Shown here: positions 1 to 9,231 of the stretch, in pieces
Layout of the letters: each line of letters opens with the position of its first letter
Numbering within the stretch: the first letter of the stretch is position 1
Origin: Paracoccaceae bacterium
Lineage (GTDB): Bacteria > Pseudomonadota > Alphaproteobacteria > Rhodobacterales > Rhodobacteraceae
Direction: 5' to 3'
Length of the DNA: 64,000 bases
Assembly: GCA_963921255.3 (NCBI GenBank)
Contig: CAWUEW020000003.1
Coordinates: 1,550,907-1,614,906 of the forward strand
Program-made: the position numbers and the translations under genes
The notes under the pieces: generated by a model
Databases searched by the model: none
Seen by the model: the letters and a program-made list of their open reading frames with translations, nothing else
What the model was told of the DNA's origin: nothing

Positions 1-762
1 GACCAGAACGTCTATCCCAAGCGCCGAGAGATGCTTGGCCGGACCAATGCCCGACCGCATCAAGATGGCCGGTGTGGCAATCGCCCCCGCGCAAAGCATC
101 ACGCCGGCCCGTGCGCGCAGCACCGTGCCATCGACCAGGATCACGCCCGTGGCCCGCCCCTCCTCGATCAGCAGACGGTCCACCTCGGCATAGGTCCTGA
201 CCTGGGCGCGCCCCGTGCTTTGTACCGGACGCAGGTAGGCATCGGCCGCAGACCAGCAGCGACCGCGCCGCATATTGGTGTAAAACACGCCCGCGCTTTC
301 GACTTCGGGGTCCGGTCGTCCCGGCTGTGGCTGTGCCATTCCCTTGCCAAGCGCGTCCGACAGCGGATGGGGATCGGGAAGTCGTGCGGGCGTCAACCGG
401 TCCTCAACCGCATCAAAGGCCGACCAAACCGCGTCCGACGTCCAATCGGCAAGTCCCCAATCGTCATAGTCCTGTCGTCGTCCACGGAACCAGACCATCG
501 AATTGATGGACCCGGAGCCGCCTACCATCTTGCCGCGCGGCACGCCGATCTGGCGTCCGCCGAGTGCGGCCTGCGGGGTGGATTTCATCGCCCAGTCTCG
601 TGACGAGCCCATCAACCAGACCAGACCGAAGGGCAGTTTGACCAACGGATGCGTGTCGCTTGGTCCAGCCTCCAACACGGTCACGGAGAGCCCCGCTTCG
701 GCCAATTGGCCGGCGGCCGCGCACCCGGCCGATCCAGCCCCTACGACGATGACGTCTGGCAT
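1..762 (-). CDS. GMC-family FAD oxidoreductase (choline-dehydrogenase-like). Only the N-terminal 254 codons are present; the 3' end runs off the window.
   Basis: Absent from the ORF track because there is no stop in the window. Minus-strand translation from the ATG at 762 reads MPDVIVVGAGSAGCAAAGQLAEAG (GxGxxG FAD fold). It continues ...PRGKMVGGSGSINSMVWFRG (GMC signature-like). The frame is open to position 1. Confidence 0.85.
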   Translation of the reverse strand, partial: MPDVIVVGAGSAGCAAAGQLAEAGLSVTVLEAGPSDTHPLVKLPFGLVWLMGSSRDWAMKSTPQAALGGRQIGVPRGKMVGGSGSINSMVWFRGRRQDYDDWGLADWTSDAVWSAFDAVEDRLTPARLPDPHPLSDALGKGMAQPQPGRPDPEVESAGVFYTNMRRGRCWSAADAYLRPVQSTGRAQVRTYAEVDRLLIEEGRATGVILVDGTVLRARAGVMLCAGAIATPAILMRSGIGPAKHLSALGIDVLV

Positions 763-907
763 TCTGATTGCCCCTACAGATTGGAACGGCGTGCATCGGG
801 TTAATTGTGTTCCGGCCCGACGGATTCTGCCTTGCATCTAGACAGGGCGCGTCGGTTCCGGCAAGACAAAGTTGCATAGGTTTGCAAAACGCGTGGGAGG
901 GGCAAGC

Positions 908-1921
908 ATGCGCGACATCACGGCGGACAAACAGGCCGTTCAAGCCCATCTGGAGGCCCTGGCCGCAGGCGCGGATCCGTCAACCATCTTCGCGCCCGAC
1001 GCCGTGGCCGAGATTTCGCACCCCTGGGGCCGACGCGACGGCCCCGACGCGATCGGCGCCCTGTTCGCAGACATGCGTGCGGCCCTGCCCGATATGATAT
1101 GGCGGGCCGAAATCCTGATCGGTGGAGAAAACCAGCCCGACGACCGGGTTACCGTGCCACGCTTTTCGCCCCTGATCGGCACGTGGGGCCACATGCAGGG
1201 CACCTTCGACGCCCCGTTTCTTGGCATTCCGCCCACCCATGGCGCCGTGCACATCCGCGTGGCGCAAGTTCACCATCTCAACGCCGCTGGCCAGATTGTC
1301 CGGTCCTGGATCATACCAGACGTTCTGGAGCTCATGGATCAAGCGGGCGTCTGGCCGCTACCGCCCATGTTGGGGGCGCGTGGCCATTGGTTGGGGCCCC
1401 GCGGCGCACATGGGGTTCGACTGGATGCGACCGACGTTGAAGGGGGCACCGAAAGCATTCGTCGTGTCCTCGATATGCACCAAGCCCTGCACGCCTTCGA
1501 TGGTGAGCGTATTTCGTCGATGCCGATGCACCATTGGGCCGACGGATTCATGTATTACGCGGCCGCCGGGATCGGCACATGCCGCGGCCTTAACGGCTTT
1601 CGCGCCCATCATCAGGTGCCGTTCCTGCGCGCCTTCCCGGATCGGCGCGGCGCCGGCCACTTTGTCCGCATCGGCGACGGAAATTATGCCCTCACGGGCG
1701 GCACCGTGGCCGTGACCCATCTCGGCGAATACCTTGGCATGGCGCCGACCGGGCGCGCCTTGGCGGTGAACGTGATGGATTTCTACCACTACGACGCCGA
1801 GGGGCGGATCATCGAGAACTGGCTGCCCTTCGATATCCTTGGACTTGCCCATCAGGCGGGAGTGGATTTGCTCGGACGGGTTGCCCACCTGGCGGGCAAC
1901 CCGAAACTCGATCTGATCTGA
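908..1921 (+). CDS. Tandem SnoaL-like / ester-cyclase (NTF2-fold) two-domain protein
   Basis: Track ORF 872..1921. The ATG at 908 is preceded by GGGAGG. Both halves carry ester-cyclase-like motifs: ...GTFDAPFLGIPPTHGAVHIRVAQVHHLNAAGQIV..W and ...THLGEYLGMAPTGRALAVNVMDFYHYDAEGRIIENW. Confidence 0.6.
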   Translation: MRDITADKQAVQAHLEALAAGADPSTIFAPDAVAEISHPWGRRDGPDAIGALFADMRAALPDMIWRAEILIGGENQPDDRVTVPRFSPLIGTWGHMQGTFDAPFLGIPPTHGAVHIRVAQVHHLNAAGQIVRSWIIPDVLELMDQAGVWPLPPMLGARGHWLGPRGAHGVRLDATDVEGGTESIRRVLDMHQALHAFDGERISSMPMHHWADGFMYYAAAGIGTCRGLNGFRAHHQVPFLRAFPDRRGAGHFVRIGDGNYALTGGTVAVTHLGEYLGMAPTGRALAVNVMDFYHYDAEGRIIENWLPFDILGLAHQAGVDLLGRVAHLAGNPKLDLI

Positions 1922-1930
1922 CGCCGTGGC

Positions 1931-2113
1931 CTAGACCGGCATGTCGTTAAACAGGTCCTCGACAGCGTCGTCGTCGAGCGTTTTCGGCAGCGGATCCAAC
2001 AGGCGGCGCTGCTCGTCGGCCAGTTTCGACTGGGCCACGTCATGCGGCTTCACCTCGGTGTGGGCCTCCGGCATCGGTGCAGTGTTCGGGGCCGGTTTTT
2101 GTGTTTTTGTCAT
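1931..2113 (-). CDS. Hypothetical small protein (60 aa) with an acidic C-terminus
   Basis: Track ORF. GGGAG lies upstream of the ATG. The gene sits 35 bp downstream of the 78-aa ORF on the same strand. No recognisable domain; the C-terminus is ...LDDDAVEDLFNDMPV. Confidence 0.45.
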   Translation of the reverse strand: MTKTQKPAPNTAPMPEAHTEVKPHDVAQSKLADEQRRLLDPLPKTLDDDAVEDLFNDMPV

Positions 2114-2148
2114 TTCTGCTTCTCCCTTGCGGTCAAAATTCCAATTCT

Positions 2149-2385
2149 TCAGTGAACCTGCGCGGTTTCGATCTGGGCCAACCAGGTGGCCACGTCCCGA
2201 TCGTCAAGCTCAACTGTGTAGCGGTGATGCGCGCGCCCGGCCCTGAGGGCGCCGATCGTCGCGCGGTCAGCCCAAGACCGTTCGCTGCTGCTCAGCGCGC
2301 GCGTCACGGCCTGTCCGGTGCCAGCGGTATTCAACAACGCGGCAACGCGTTGGTGGAGTTCGGCCTTGGTCAGGGGGTCTGTCAT
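2149..2385 (-). CDS. Hypothetical small protein (78 aa)
   Basis: Track ORF, 40 bp downstream of the DksA/TraR gene on the same strand. No motif recognised. Confidence 0.45.
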   Translation of the reverse strand: MTDPLTKAELHQRVAALLNTAGTGQAVTRALSSSERSWADRATIGALRAGRAHHRYTVELDDRDVATWLAQIETAQVH

Positions 2386-2425
2386 GGGTCACCGCCTTTC
2401 GATGCGGCTTGGGCAGCTTTGCCTG

Positions 2426-2743
2426 CTATGAGGCACAGGACTTGCAAAATGGGGTTGCGGGCAAAAGATCCAGGCGCGCGTCCGAAATGACTGTACCACA
2501 GCGCAGGCAAAATCCGTACTCGCCCTCTTCCATGCGCGACAGGGCGGCCTTGATCTGTTCAATCTCGGCCTGGCCAGATACGCCAAGGCGCTCGAGAACC
2601 TCGTCGTCTTCGCGTTCGGTTGCCAGTTCCTCCCAATCCTTGGATTGGTGACTGTCCAACTCGTCCTCAATGCCGTGAAGCCGACCGTCCAGATACGCGA
2701 GCCGCTTTTCAAGCTCGGCACGTCTGCGAACAAGGTCCGTCAT
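2426..2743 (-). CDS. DksA/TraR-family C4-type zinc-finger protein
   Basis: Internal ATG at 2743 of track ORF 2426..2950, preceded by GGAGG. The protein has an N-terminal coiled coil (MTDLVRRRAELEKRLAYLDGRL...). The C-terminus carries CLRCGTVISDARLDLLPATPFCKSC (CxxC-N17-CxxC). Confidence 0.8.
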   Translation of the reverse strand: MTDLVRRRAELEKRLAYLDGRLHGIEDELDSHQSKDWEELATEREDDEVLERLGVSGQAEIEQIKAALSRMEEGEYGFCLRCGTVISDARLDLLPATPFCKSCAS

Positions 2744-2842
2744 ATCATCCCCTCCTCTATCGGCGGGCCAAGGCGGCGGTCCGGGCGGGATGCCCCGCCG
2801 CCAACCACATAGAAATCCTAGATCAACCTGCCGGCGGGCTCC

Positions 2843-2856
2843 TTGATGTGGGTCAA
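2843..2856. promoter_or_regulatory. Candidate FNR/CRP-family box TTGATgtggGTCAA
   Basis: 9/10 match to TTGAT-N4-ATCAA and a perfect TTGA-N6-TCAA core. It lies in the divergent spacer between the DksA/TraR gene (start 2743) and the TIGR01244-like gene (start 2931). Confidence 0.35.
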
Positions 2857-2930
2857 GCATTGTGGGGTTTTCCTTTTCGAGTGGCTCGGGCATGGTCCCG
2901 CGAAAGAGCCGCCGACAAAGGATCCCTCCC

Positions 2931-3365
2931 ATGGACTTGAGACAGATCACCGATACCTACCGCACCGGACCGCATCTTGACCCGGAAGACATGGCGGATC
3001 TCGCGGCCGAAGGGGTGACCACTGTTATTTGCAACCGGCCCGATGGCGAGGTGCCACCAAGCCACCAAGCGGCCGCCATGCAAGCCGCTGCCGAGGCCGC
3101 GGGGCTGACCTTTGTGTACAACCCCATTGTCCCGGGCGCCCTGACCGAGGCCCATGTCGAGGAACAGGCCGATGCCATCGCGGCATCCGAGGGACCGGTG
3201 GTGGCCTATTGTGCATCTGGCAACCGCTCCACCATTGTGTGGGGGTTGGGCGCGGCCGGGACGTACTCGGCGCAGGAGATCATCAAACGCGCCGCGGACG
3301 GCGGGTACAACCTGACCGGCCTTGCGGATGAATTGGAACGTCGCGCGGCGGCCGCCAAAGAGTGA
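2931..3365 (+). CDS. TIGR01244/DUF442-type phosphatase-fold (sulfur-transferase-like) protein
   Basis: Internal ATG of track ORF 2862..3365. MDLRQITDTYRTGPHLDPEDMADLAAEGVTTVICNRPDGE... and ...VVAYCASGNRS (CX5R-like P-loop) are typical of the BLH N-terminal domain family. Confidence 0.7.
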   Translation: MDLRQITDTYRTGPHLDPEDMADLAAEGVTTVICNRPDGEVPPSHQAAAMQAAAEAAGLTFVYNPIVPGALTEAHVEEQADAIAASEGPVVAYCASGNRSTIVWGLGAAGTYSAQEIIKRAADGGYNLTGLADELERRAAAAKE

Positions 3366-4234
3366 ACCAGCTGTCTCCGACGGGCCAGGGCATCCTTTTG
3401 ATGCTTGGCGCAATCTTCTTCTTCTCGGCCATGGATGCGCTGGCAAAGCATCTGGCCGGGACATACGACGTGATCCAGGTGGTTTGGGCGCGCTATGCGG
3501 GCATGATGCTGATCGTGGCCGTCATCCTGGCGCCACGGATCGTGAGCCTGCTGAAAACCAAGTACCTGGGCCTGCAATTGCTACGGTCGGGGTTCCTGTT
3601 TTCAGCCACGTTTTGTTTGTTCTCGTCGCTGCCGCTGATCGACATCGCCGCCGCAACGGCCGTCATGAACGTCCATCCGCTTTTGTTGACCCTGGGTGCG
3701 GCTGTCATTCTGCGAGAGCATCTGGGCGCCCGGCGCGTCATCGGGATCGGTGCCGCGCTTGTCGGGGCCCTGATCATCATCCGACCCGGCAGCGATGTGT
3801 TTTCCGTCGCAGCCCTCTTGCCGTTGGCCGCCGGCGTTTTCTACGCCTCCTATGCTCTGACCACACGGTTCCTGGGCCGGGAGGAACACATCTTCACATC
3901 GTTCCTGTACACCGCCTTGATCGGCACCATCGTGTCCAGTGTCATGGTCGTCCCGTCCTTCGACATGCCGGCCGCCCCGGATATCGGGCTGTTCCTGTTG
4001 CTTGGGGGCGTGGCGGCCATCGGCCAGTTTTTCTTGATCCGATCGCTCACGGTGGCCGAAGCGGGCGCCGTGGCACCGTTTGGGTATTCAGGCGTGGTCT
4101 TTGCGACGCTCTGGGGCCTGATCGCGTTTGGCGAAGTGCCCGACAGCTGGACGTTACTGGGCGCGCTTGTGATCGTTGGGGCGGGCGTCTATGTCTGGCA
4201 CCGCGAAACGCGCGCCCGTGGCGCGCAGGCCTAA
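3362..4234 (+). CDS. DMT-superfamily (EamA-type) transporter
   Basis: 290-aa polytopic hydrophobic protein with two EamA-like halves (GILLMLGAIFFFSAMDALAKHL...). The GTG start overlaps the upstream stop (GTGA). Confidence 0.8.
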   Translation: MNQLSPTGQGILLMLGAIFFFSAMDALAKHLAGTYDVIQVVWARYAGMMLIVAVILAPRIVSLLKTKYLGLQLLRSGFLFSATFCLFSSLPLIDIAAATAVMNVHPLLLTLGAAVILREHLGARRVIGIGAALVGALIIIRPGSDVFSVAALLPLAAGVFYASYALTTRFLGREEHIFTSFLYTALIGTIVSSVMVVPSFDMPAAPDIGLFLLLGGVAAIGQFFLIRSLTVAEAGAVAPFGYSGVVFATLWGLIAFGEVPDSWTLLGALVIVGAGVYVWHRETRARGAQA

Positions 4235-4258
4235 GACCTACGACGGACCGCCGCCGCC

Positions 4259-5182
4259 ATGCCTTTGCAGCCTCGCAATCTCTGGGTTGATTGGTCGCTC
4301 GACCGGGCGGCGCGCGCCGGTCTTTGGGCTTTGATGCGTGTGCCGTACAATCAACGGGTTGCCTTGGCGGGCCGTCTTTTGCGCGGAATCGGGCGGATCG
4401 CGGGCTTCCGGCGGCGGGCACTCGAACAACTGGCCTACATTTACCCAGACTGGACCGAGGACGCCCGGCAGGACGTTGCCAGCAAGGTGCTGGACAATAT
4501 TGGGCGAACGCTGATTGAGAATTTTTCGTTTGAGGATCGGTGGGCGCGCGCACAGCGGTGGGCGCCAAATGGGCCGGGATGGGCCGCATGCGAGGCCGCG
4601 CGGAACGCGGGACGTCCCATCATTGTGGTATCGGGCCACTACGGCAACTATCAGGCCATGCAAGTGGCCTTGAACAGCCGCGGCTACGCCGTCGGTGGCC
4701 TCTACCGCCCGATGAACAACCGGTATTTCAACACTCACTATGTCCGCACATTCGAGGAAGCACGGGGGCCGGCCTTTCCGCGCGGCCGACGCGGGTTGGG
4801 CGATCTTGTCCGACACCTGCGCAATGGTGGCCAGAACGCCATCCTGATTGACCAGTATTTCGCGGACGGCGTGCAACTGAACTTCATGGGAAAACCCGCC
4901 CCGACGGCGCTGTCCGCGGCAGAGATGGCCTTAAAATACGATGTGTTGCTTGTGCCCATTTATGCCGAGCGGTTGGAGAATGGTCTCGACTTCGAAGTTT
5001 CGGTCGAAACGCCGGTGGAGCACACGGATCCCGAGACGATGACGCAGATTCTCAACGACAGCCTCACCGCACGTGTTCACCAACACCCGGAACAATGGTT
5101 GTGGGTGCATCGTCGGTGGAAGCCCGGCCGCCAGGCGCTTTACTCTCCCAGTCTGGAAACAGCCCCCGACACGCCAGAGTGA
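4259..5182 (+). CDS. Lipid A biosynthesis lauroyl/late acyltransferase family protein (LpxL/HtrB-like)
   Basis: 307 aa. ...IIVVSGHYGNYQAM... matches the H(x)4-type acyltransferase region of the LABLAT family. The C-terminus ...HPEQWLWVHRRWK is typical of this family. Confidence 0.75.
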   Translation: MPLQPRNLWVDWSLDRAARAGLWALMRVPYNQRVALAGRLLRGIGRIAGFRRRALEQLAYIYPDWTEDARQDVASKVLDNIGRTLIENFSFEDRWARAQRWAPNGPGWAACEAARNAGRPIIVVSGHYGNYQAMQVALNSRGYAVGGLYRPMNNRYFNTHYVRTFEEARGPAFPRGRRGLGDLVRHLRNGGQNAILIDQYFADGVQLNFMGKPAPTALSAAEMALKYDVLLVPIYAERLENGLDFEVSVETPVEHTDPETMTQILNDSLTARVHQHPEQWLWVHRRWKPGRQALYSPSLETAPDTPE

Positions 5183-5207
5183 GGGCGCAGGGGCGCTCGT
5201 GTTCGGT

Positions 5208-5912
5208 TCAATCCAGCTTGGCCGCGGCAAAAATGGCGCCGTGCTCACTGGCTTGGAACAGAACCGCATGGCGCAGATCGCCGGTCACGGTCAGGTCCGT
5301 TTCAAACGCGCCTTGGCCATTCCACTCGGCAACCACGTTCCACGACCGGACCACATTGAAGTGCCGGGCATTGCGCCCTGCATTTTCCCCACGGGCGATA
5401 TGCACCTCCTCAAGCGGGGAATAGGCGATGAGGTGAACTTCGATCGAAGGCGACGGAACAGCAGCAACGGGAACCGCCCGGATCGCCACCTGACCCGCTG
5501 CATCGCGCGTCACAAACACATCAATTGGGTCGGGCAACGTATTGTGTGTGTTGATCAAATCTGCCACCGCCATCGGGCGGAACCCGACAACGTGATCCAC
5601 GCCGCCGATGATCATCTGCGGTGTGTAGACGACATTCGACCCGGCAACACGGCCATAGCCTTGCTGACGCGCCGTGAAAGCCGGGGACGCGAATGTGTCA
5701 ACCCACCCGATGTAATCCCAGTAGTCGACATGAAGCGCCAGCGCGATCACGTCGTCGCGATCCGCCAACTCGCCCAACAGCTGATCTGCGGGCGGACACG
5801 CAGAACAGCCTTGCGACGTAAAGAGCTCCACCACCACGGCATTGTCCTGCGCCGTCGCGGTTGCGGGCACAGCAAGCGTGAACAGGAGGGCCAAAAGGCG
5901 GGTTGCTTTCAT
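5208..5912 (-). CDS. DUF1223 domain protein (secreted, thioredoxin-like)
   Basis: ATG at 5912 within track ORF 5208..5933. It has a signal peptide (MKATRLLALLFTLAVPATATA), followed by VVELFTSQGCSACPPAD...HVDYWDYIGW, characteristic of DUF1223. Confidence 0.75.
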   Translation of the reverse strand: MKATRLLALLFTLAVPATATAQDNAVVVELFTSQGCSACPPADQLLGELADRDDVIALALHVDYWDYIGWVDTFASPAFTARQQGYGRVAGSNVVYTPQMIIGGVDHVVGFRPMAVADLINTHNTLPDPIDVFVTRDAAGQVAIRAVPVAAVPSPSIEVHLIAYSPLEEVHIARGENAGRNARHFNVVRSWNVVAEWNGQGAFETDLTVTGDLRHAVLFQASEHGAIFAAAKLD

Positions 5913-5997
5913 GTCATCTCTTCCGGGGATCAACCTTGCAGGGCCATAGCTAGTCCGATTGTCGGTGATCTTCCAATCAAGCCTTTGCGAGACTGCG

Positions 5998-6447
5998 TTA
6001 CAACCAGCGCCGTGTGGCCGAAAGGTAGCTTTCTGCGTCGGCGCCGAAGGCTTGGCGCAGGGCGTGTTCCTCGGGCTCGATGAAGCGTTTGCTCAACACC
6101 CAGACCAAGATGACGGGCACAAGAACCGGGCTCAGCGCCCCTTTCATAAGCACATACCCCACCGATATCAGAACCATGCCCAGGTAGATCGGGTTCCGGC
6201 TGATCCGGTATGGGCCTTCCACGATCAGGACGGATGGCGTGTGATGCGGCTCGATCGTCGTGCGCTTCCGGCGAAACCAGAGCGCCGACCAAACGATACC
6301 GGCCAGCCCGGCCGCCACCAGGCCCCACCCGACAATCTGGAAGACCGGCCCAAAGGCCTGAACCAGCGGGAGACCCTCAGCCAGAATCCATGTCGTCATC
6401 GATGCCGCGAGGAGCCAAATGGGCGGGAGGTCGGGAAAACCCTTCAT
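5998..6447 (-). CDS. Isoprenylcysteine carboxyl methyltransferase (ICMT/PEMT) family membrane protein
   Basis: 149 aa with multiple TM segments. ...GPYRISRNPIYLGMVL...FIEPEEHALRQAFG matches the ICMT-family C-terminal motif. Confidence 0.7.
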   Translation of the reverse strand: MKGFPDLPPIWLLAASMTTWILAEGLPLVQAFGPVFQIVGWGLVAAGLAGIVWSALWFRRKRTTIEPHHTPSVLIVEGPYRISRNPIYLGMVLISVGYVLMKGALSPVLVPVILVWVLSKRFIEPEEHALRQAFGADAESYLSATRRWL

Positions 6448-6537
6448 GTCAGTCCTTGGTGTGATGTGTCGGTCTTCGAACTGTAACGCCCCTCAGGGCG
6501 GGTTGCACAGAAGAAACAGGGGTCACGTGGTGCGCCC

Positions 6538-7329
6538 TCACTCAGCGTCGACCGCCCACTGCTCAACGGGAACGACATGGCGATACCGGGACACCGGTCG
6601 AAACACCAAAAGCCGCACCCCCATCACCAACTGGCCCCAGATCCTCCGCGCCCGGAAGGCCAGTCGTTTCGATGCGGGCAGGTCGGCGAGGCTTGGTTTG
6701 TTGGCCGCGTCGATCAAAGAGTGCGTTTCGGTTGCTTGGGTGACGCCATAGGCCACGCATTGATCCAACTGGATCGAAAGCGCGGGATCGGACTGGTAGC
6801 TGACCAGACCGGGACAGGACGAAATCAACGCATCCGACGGGGCGCCAACGCGCCGGGCCTGCCGCAGCAACTTGCGCGCGCCGGATGGCCAAACGACCAT
6901 CGCGGCCGATCCGGTCCGGTCCTGATAAAGGCGTCGGATCGGGGCCGCGGGGTGTGGCGTGCGCGCAATCAGTTTTCGGCGGCTGCGGGTTTCGAGGCTG
7001 ACATGGTCAATCCCGGTGAGGGGCGCCAGCGCATCGAGGCGCGCCACCAAATCCGCCGCCAGCAGCGCATCGTCTTCCAGGATCAGGCAAGGCGCATCCA
7101 ACTCGACGACGCGGGTCCATGCCGCCATATGCGACGCGCAGAGCGCCATTTCGGTGACCCGGAGGGGCCGCTGCCACCGATGCCAGACCGCATCATCGGC
7201 CGGCGGCGCCAGTGTTTCCGGGATGACGGCTGCAATCCGCTCCCAATCCAACCCCAAGACGGTCATCTGCCGTTCCATGAACGCCAGACGATCGGTGGCG
7301 CGGTCCATGTTGATGATCAGGCACCGCAT
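6538..7329 (-). CDS. Glycosyltransferase family 25 (LOS/LPS core glycosyltransferase)
   Basis: ATG at 7329 within track ORF 6538..7359. MRCLIINMDRATDRLAFMERQ...ALCASHMAAW...LILEDDA is the GT25 N-terminal pattern. Confidence 0.75.
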   Translation of the reverse strand: MRCLIINMDRATDRLAFMERQMTVLGLDWERIAAVIPETLAPPADDAVWHRWQRPLRVTEMALCASHMAAWTRVVELDAPCLILEDDALLAADLVARLDALAPLTGIDHVSLETRSRRKLIARTPHPAAPIRRLYQDRTGSAAMVVWPSGARKLLRQARRVGAPSDALISSCPGLVSYQSDPALSIQLDQCVAYGVTQATETHSLIDAANKPSLADLPASKRLAFRARRIWGQLVMGVRLLVFRPVSRYRHVVPVEQWAVDAE

Positions 7330-7333
7330 CCCG

Positions 7334-8365
7334 TCAGTACGTCCCGTCGAAGATTTCAAGATACCGGTCGATCACGCGATCCTTCGTAAACCGCGCCTCC
7401 AATGTGGCCATTCCATTGGCGACCAGCCGGTCCCGCAAACCGGGTTCATCGCGCACGCGGGCAATCGCCTCGGCCATCTGGTCGGGGGCCTGCAGGGGCA
7501 CCAACAGGGCGTCCTGTCCGTCGTTGACAAACCAGCTTGGCCCTTCGGAGGCGGTGCTGACAACCGGCACCCCTGCCCGCCATGCTTCCAGGATTACGTT
7601 GCCCAACGGTTCATGCAGCGACGGCATGACAAAGCAATCCGCCGCGGCCACGATGTGCATGGGTTCGTCCACCCACCCGAAAAATCGGGTGCGCTCCGAC
7701 AAGCCAAGCTCGGCCACGCGCGCCCGCAGGGCGTCCTCCTCATCGCCGGTTCCGACCAGCCACAGCCAGGCATTGGGCACCTGTGCGGCCGCGTTCACCA
7801 GATCGATGAACCCTTTGCGTCGGATGAACCGACCCGACCCCACGATCACGAAGGCATCGTCCGGCGTGTCATACGCCGCACGCGCAACCGGTTGGATCTC
7901 AACCTCACGTACGAAGTTGGATACGACATGGACAGGTCGATCAAACCCGAGCGCTTTGCAACTTTCGGCGATACCGGGGGTGTTGGCCACGATCAAATCG
8001 TTGTTGCGAAAATGTTTGAGGTGTCTGGGATAGTCACCAAGGCGGGTCAGCTTTACCGCATCGAACGACGCCGGGATCAGGCGTGACGACCGGGACATCC
8101 AGGCCATGATCACATCCGGCTTCCAGTCGGCCATCATGCGACGCATTTTCCACCGGAAGATCGGTGTACTGACCGACAAACGCCGATAGTGGCTGGTGTA
8201 GATTGGGCCCAAATCGGCGATCTCGTCGCGCCAGATGCGCCCCGGCCGGGTGATGAAACGCTGCTGAGCCCCGCGTTCGCCAAAGGCGCGCACAAGGTTC
8301 ACGAAGAAGCGTTCCGCGCCGCCTTCCTTGCCAAAGTGCATATGGAGGATTTTGCGCGCCGTCAT
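7334..8365 (-). CDS. Glycosyltransferase family 4 (GT-B, RfaG-like)
   Basis: 343 aa. ...GSGRFIRRKGFIDLV...FVMPSLHEPLGNVILEAWRAGVPVV is the EX7E-type GT4 C-terminal motif. The start overlaps the stop of the next gene (ATGA at 8362-8365). Confidence 0.8.
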   Translation of the reverse strand: MTARKILHMHFGKEGGAERFFVNLVRAFGERGAQQRFITRPGRIWRDEIADLGPIYTSHYRRLSVSTPIFRWKMRRMMADWKPDVIMAWMSRSSRLIPASFDAVKLTRLGDYPRHLKHFRNNDLIVANTPGIAESCKALGFDRPVHVVSNFVREVEIQPVARAAYDTPDDAFVIVGSGRFIRRKGFIDLVNAAAQVPNAWLWLVGTGDEEDALRARVAELGLSERTRFFGWVDEPMHIVAAADCFVMPSLHEPLGNVILEAWRAGVPVVSTASEGPSWFVNDGQDALLVPLQAPDQMAEAIARVRDEPGLRDRLVANGMATLEARFTKDRVIDRYLEIFDGTY

Positions 8366-9120
8366 GAGCGCGCCGGGCCGTTCTGTGCCCAGTGGCGTTT
8401 CAGCGCCGACCGGTATCGCATCTGATACCGCAGGTTATGGAGCGTCTGACCAACCACGCTGCGCCCCGAGCGCGTCGCGCGACGGACAGAGCCGATGGTG
8501 CCAGTCGCAGCTTCCTGTTCGCCCACGGTCACTGGTGTCGGCAGCGCAACGGCCACCCGCAGACCCGTTTCCCACACGAACTTCTGATCCTCGTCGACAG
8601 GGCGGAAAAACGGGATGGCGCGCTCGGCCAGATGCGCGGCAGCCGCCTTCGTCACCCCATAGGCAATCAGGCAGGTCGGCACACGATAGGGAATGACGAC
8701 CCGCACCCCATCGACCTGGGTTTCCTGAACGGCCTGCGGCGCGGGATCGAAGGAAAACAGCTTTACCATATCCCATGCGTCCTGCGGCGCGCTCATGGCC
8801 TCCAACACAGGCCCCAGGGTCGCGTCGGCAGCAAAGTCATCTTCAAAAATGAAGCCACCGGGCGCGTCAGAGTTGGCGATGGTCTGCCACGCCTTTACAT
8901 GCGACAGGTAACATCCGATCTCGGGCCGGACCAAGGCGTGCTTGCCGTCCCGCGCGTTGCGATCTGCGTCATAGACCTTGGCGACCTCGGCGTCGTCCAT
9001 CTTCCAGCCATTCACGCCATCGACGCGCTGCCACGCGACGCCGGCCGCCTCAAACTGCGCCGCGCTGCGGTCAAGCCGCCCGGTATTGTCGGCGAGATTG
9101 ATCAAATGGATCGGCCACAT
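8362..9120 (-). CDS. Glycosyltransferase family 25
   Basis: 252 aa. MWPIHLINLADNTGRLDRSAAQF...IGCYLSHVKAW...FIFEDDF is the GT25 pattern. Confidence 0.8.
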   Translation of the reverse strand: MWPIHLINLADNTGRLDRSAAQFEAAGVAWQRVDGVNGWKMDDAEVAKVYDADRNARDGKHALVRPEIGCYLSHVKAWQTIANSDAPGGFIFEDDFAADATLGPVLEAMSAPQDAWDMVKLFSFDPAPQAVQETQVDGVRVVIPYRVPTCLIAYGVTKAAAAHLAERAIPFFRPVDEDQKFVWETGLRVAVALPTPVTVGEQEAATGTIGSVRRATRSGRSVVGQTLHNLRYQMRYRSALKRHWAQNGPARS

Positions 9121-9231
9121 GGCGTCCGGGCTCCGAGAAGGATCTGCGCCAGCGATCTAAGCGCCCGGCACGCCGTTGGCAAGCACGGCCCCCTTGCACC
9201 ATACGCCGCCCCATGCAAGACGCGCAGCGAC

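Noticed and set aside
8392-9231. 5' 280 codons of the 550-aa ORF 8392..10044
   Set aside because: This part is antisense to the GT25 gene at 8362..9120. The GT25 homology of the plus-strand product begins only at the internal ATG at 9232.
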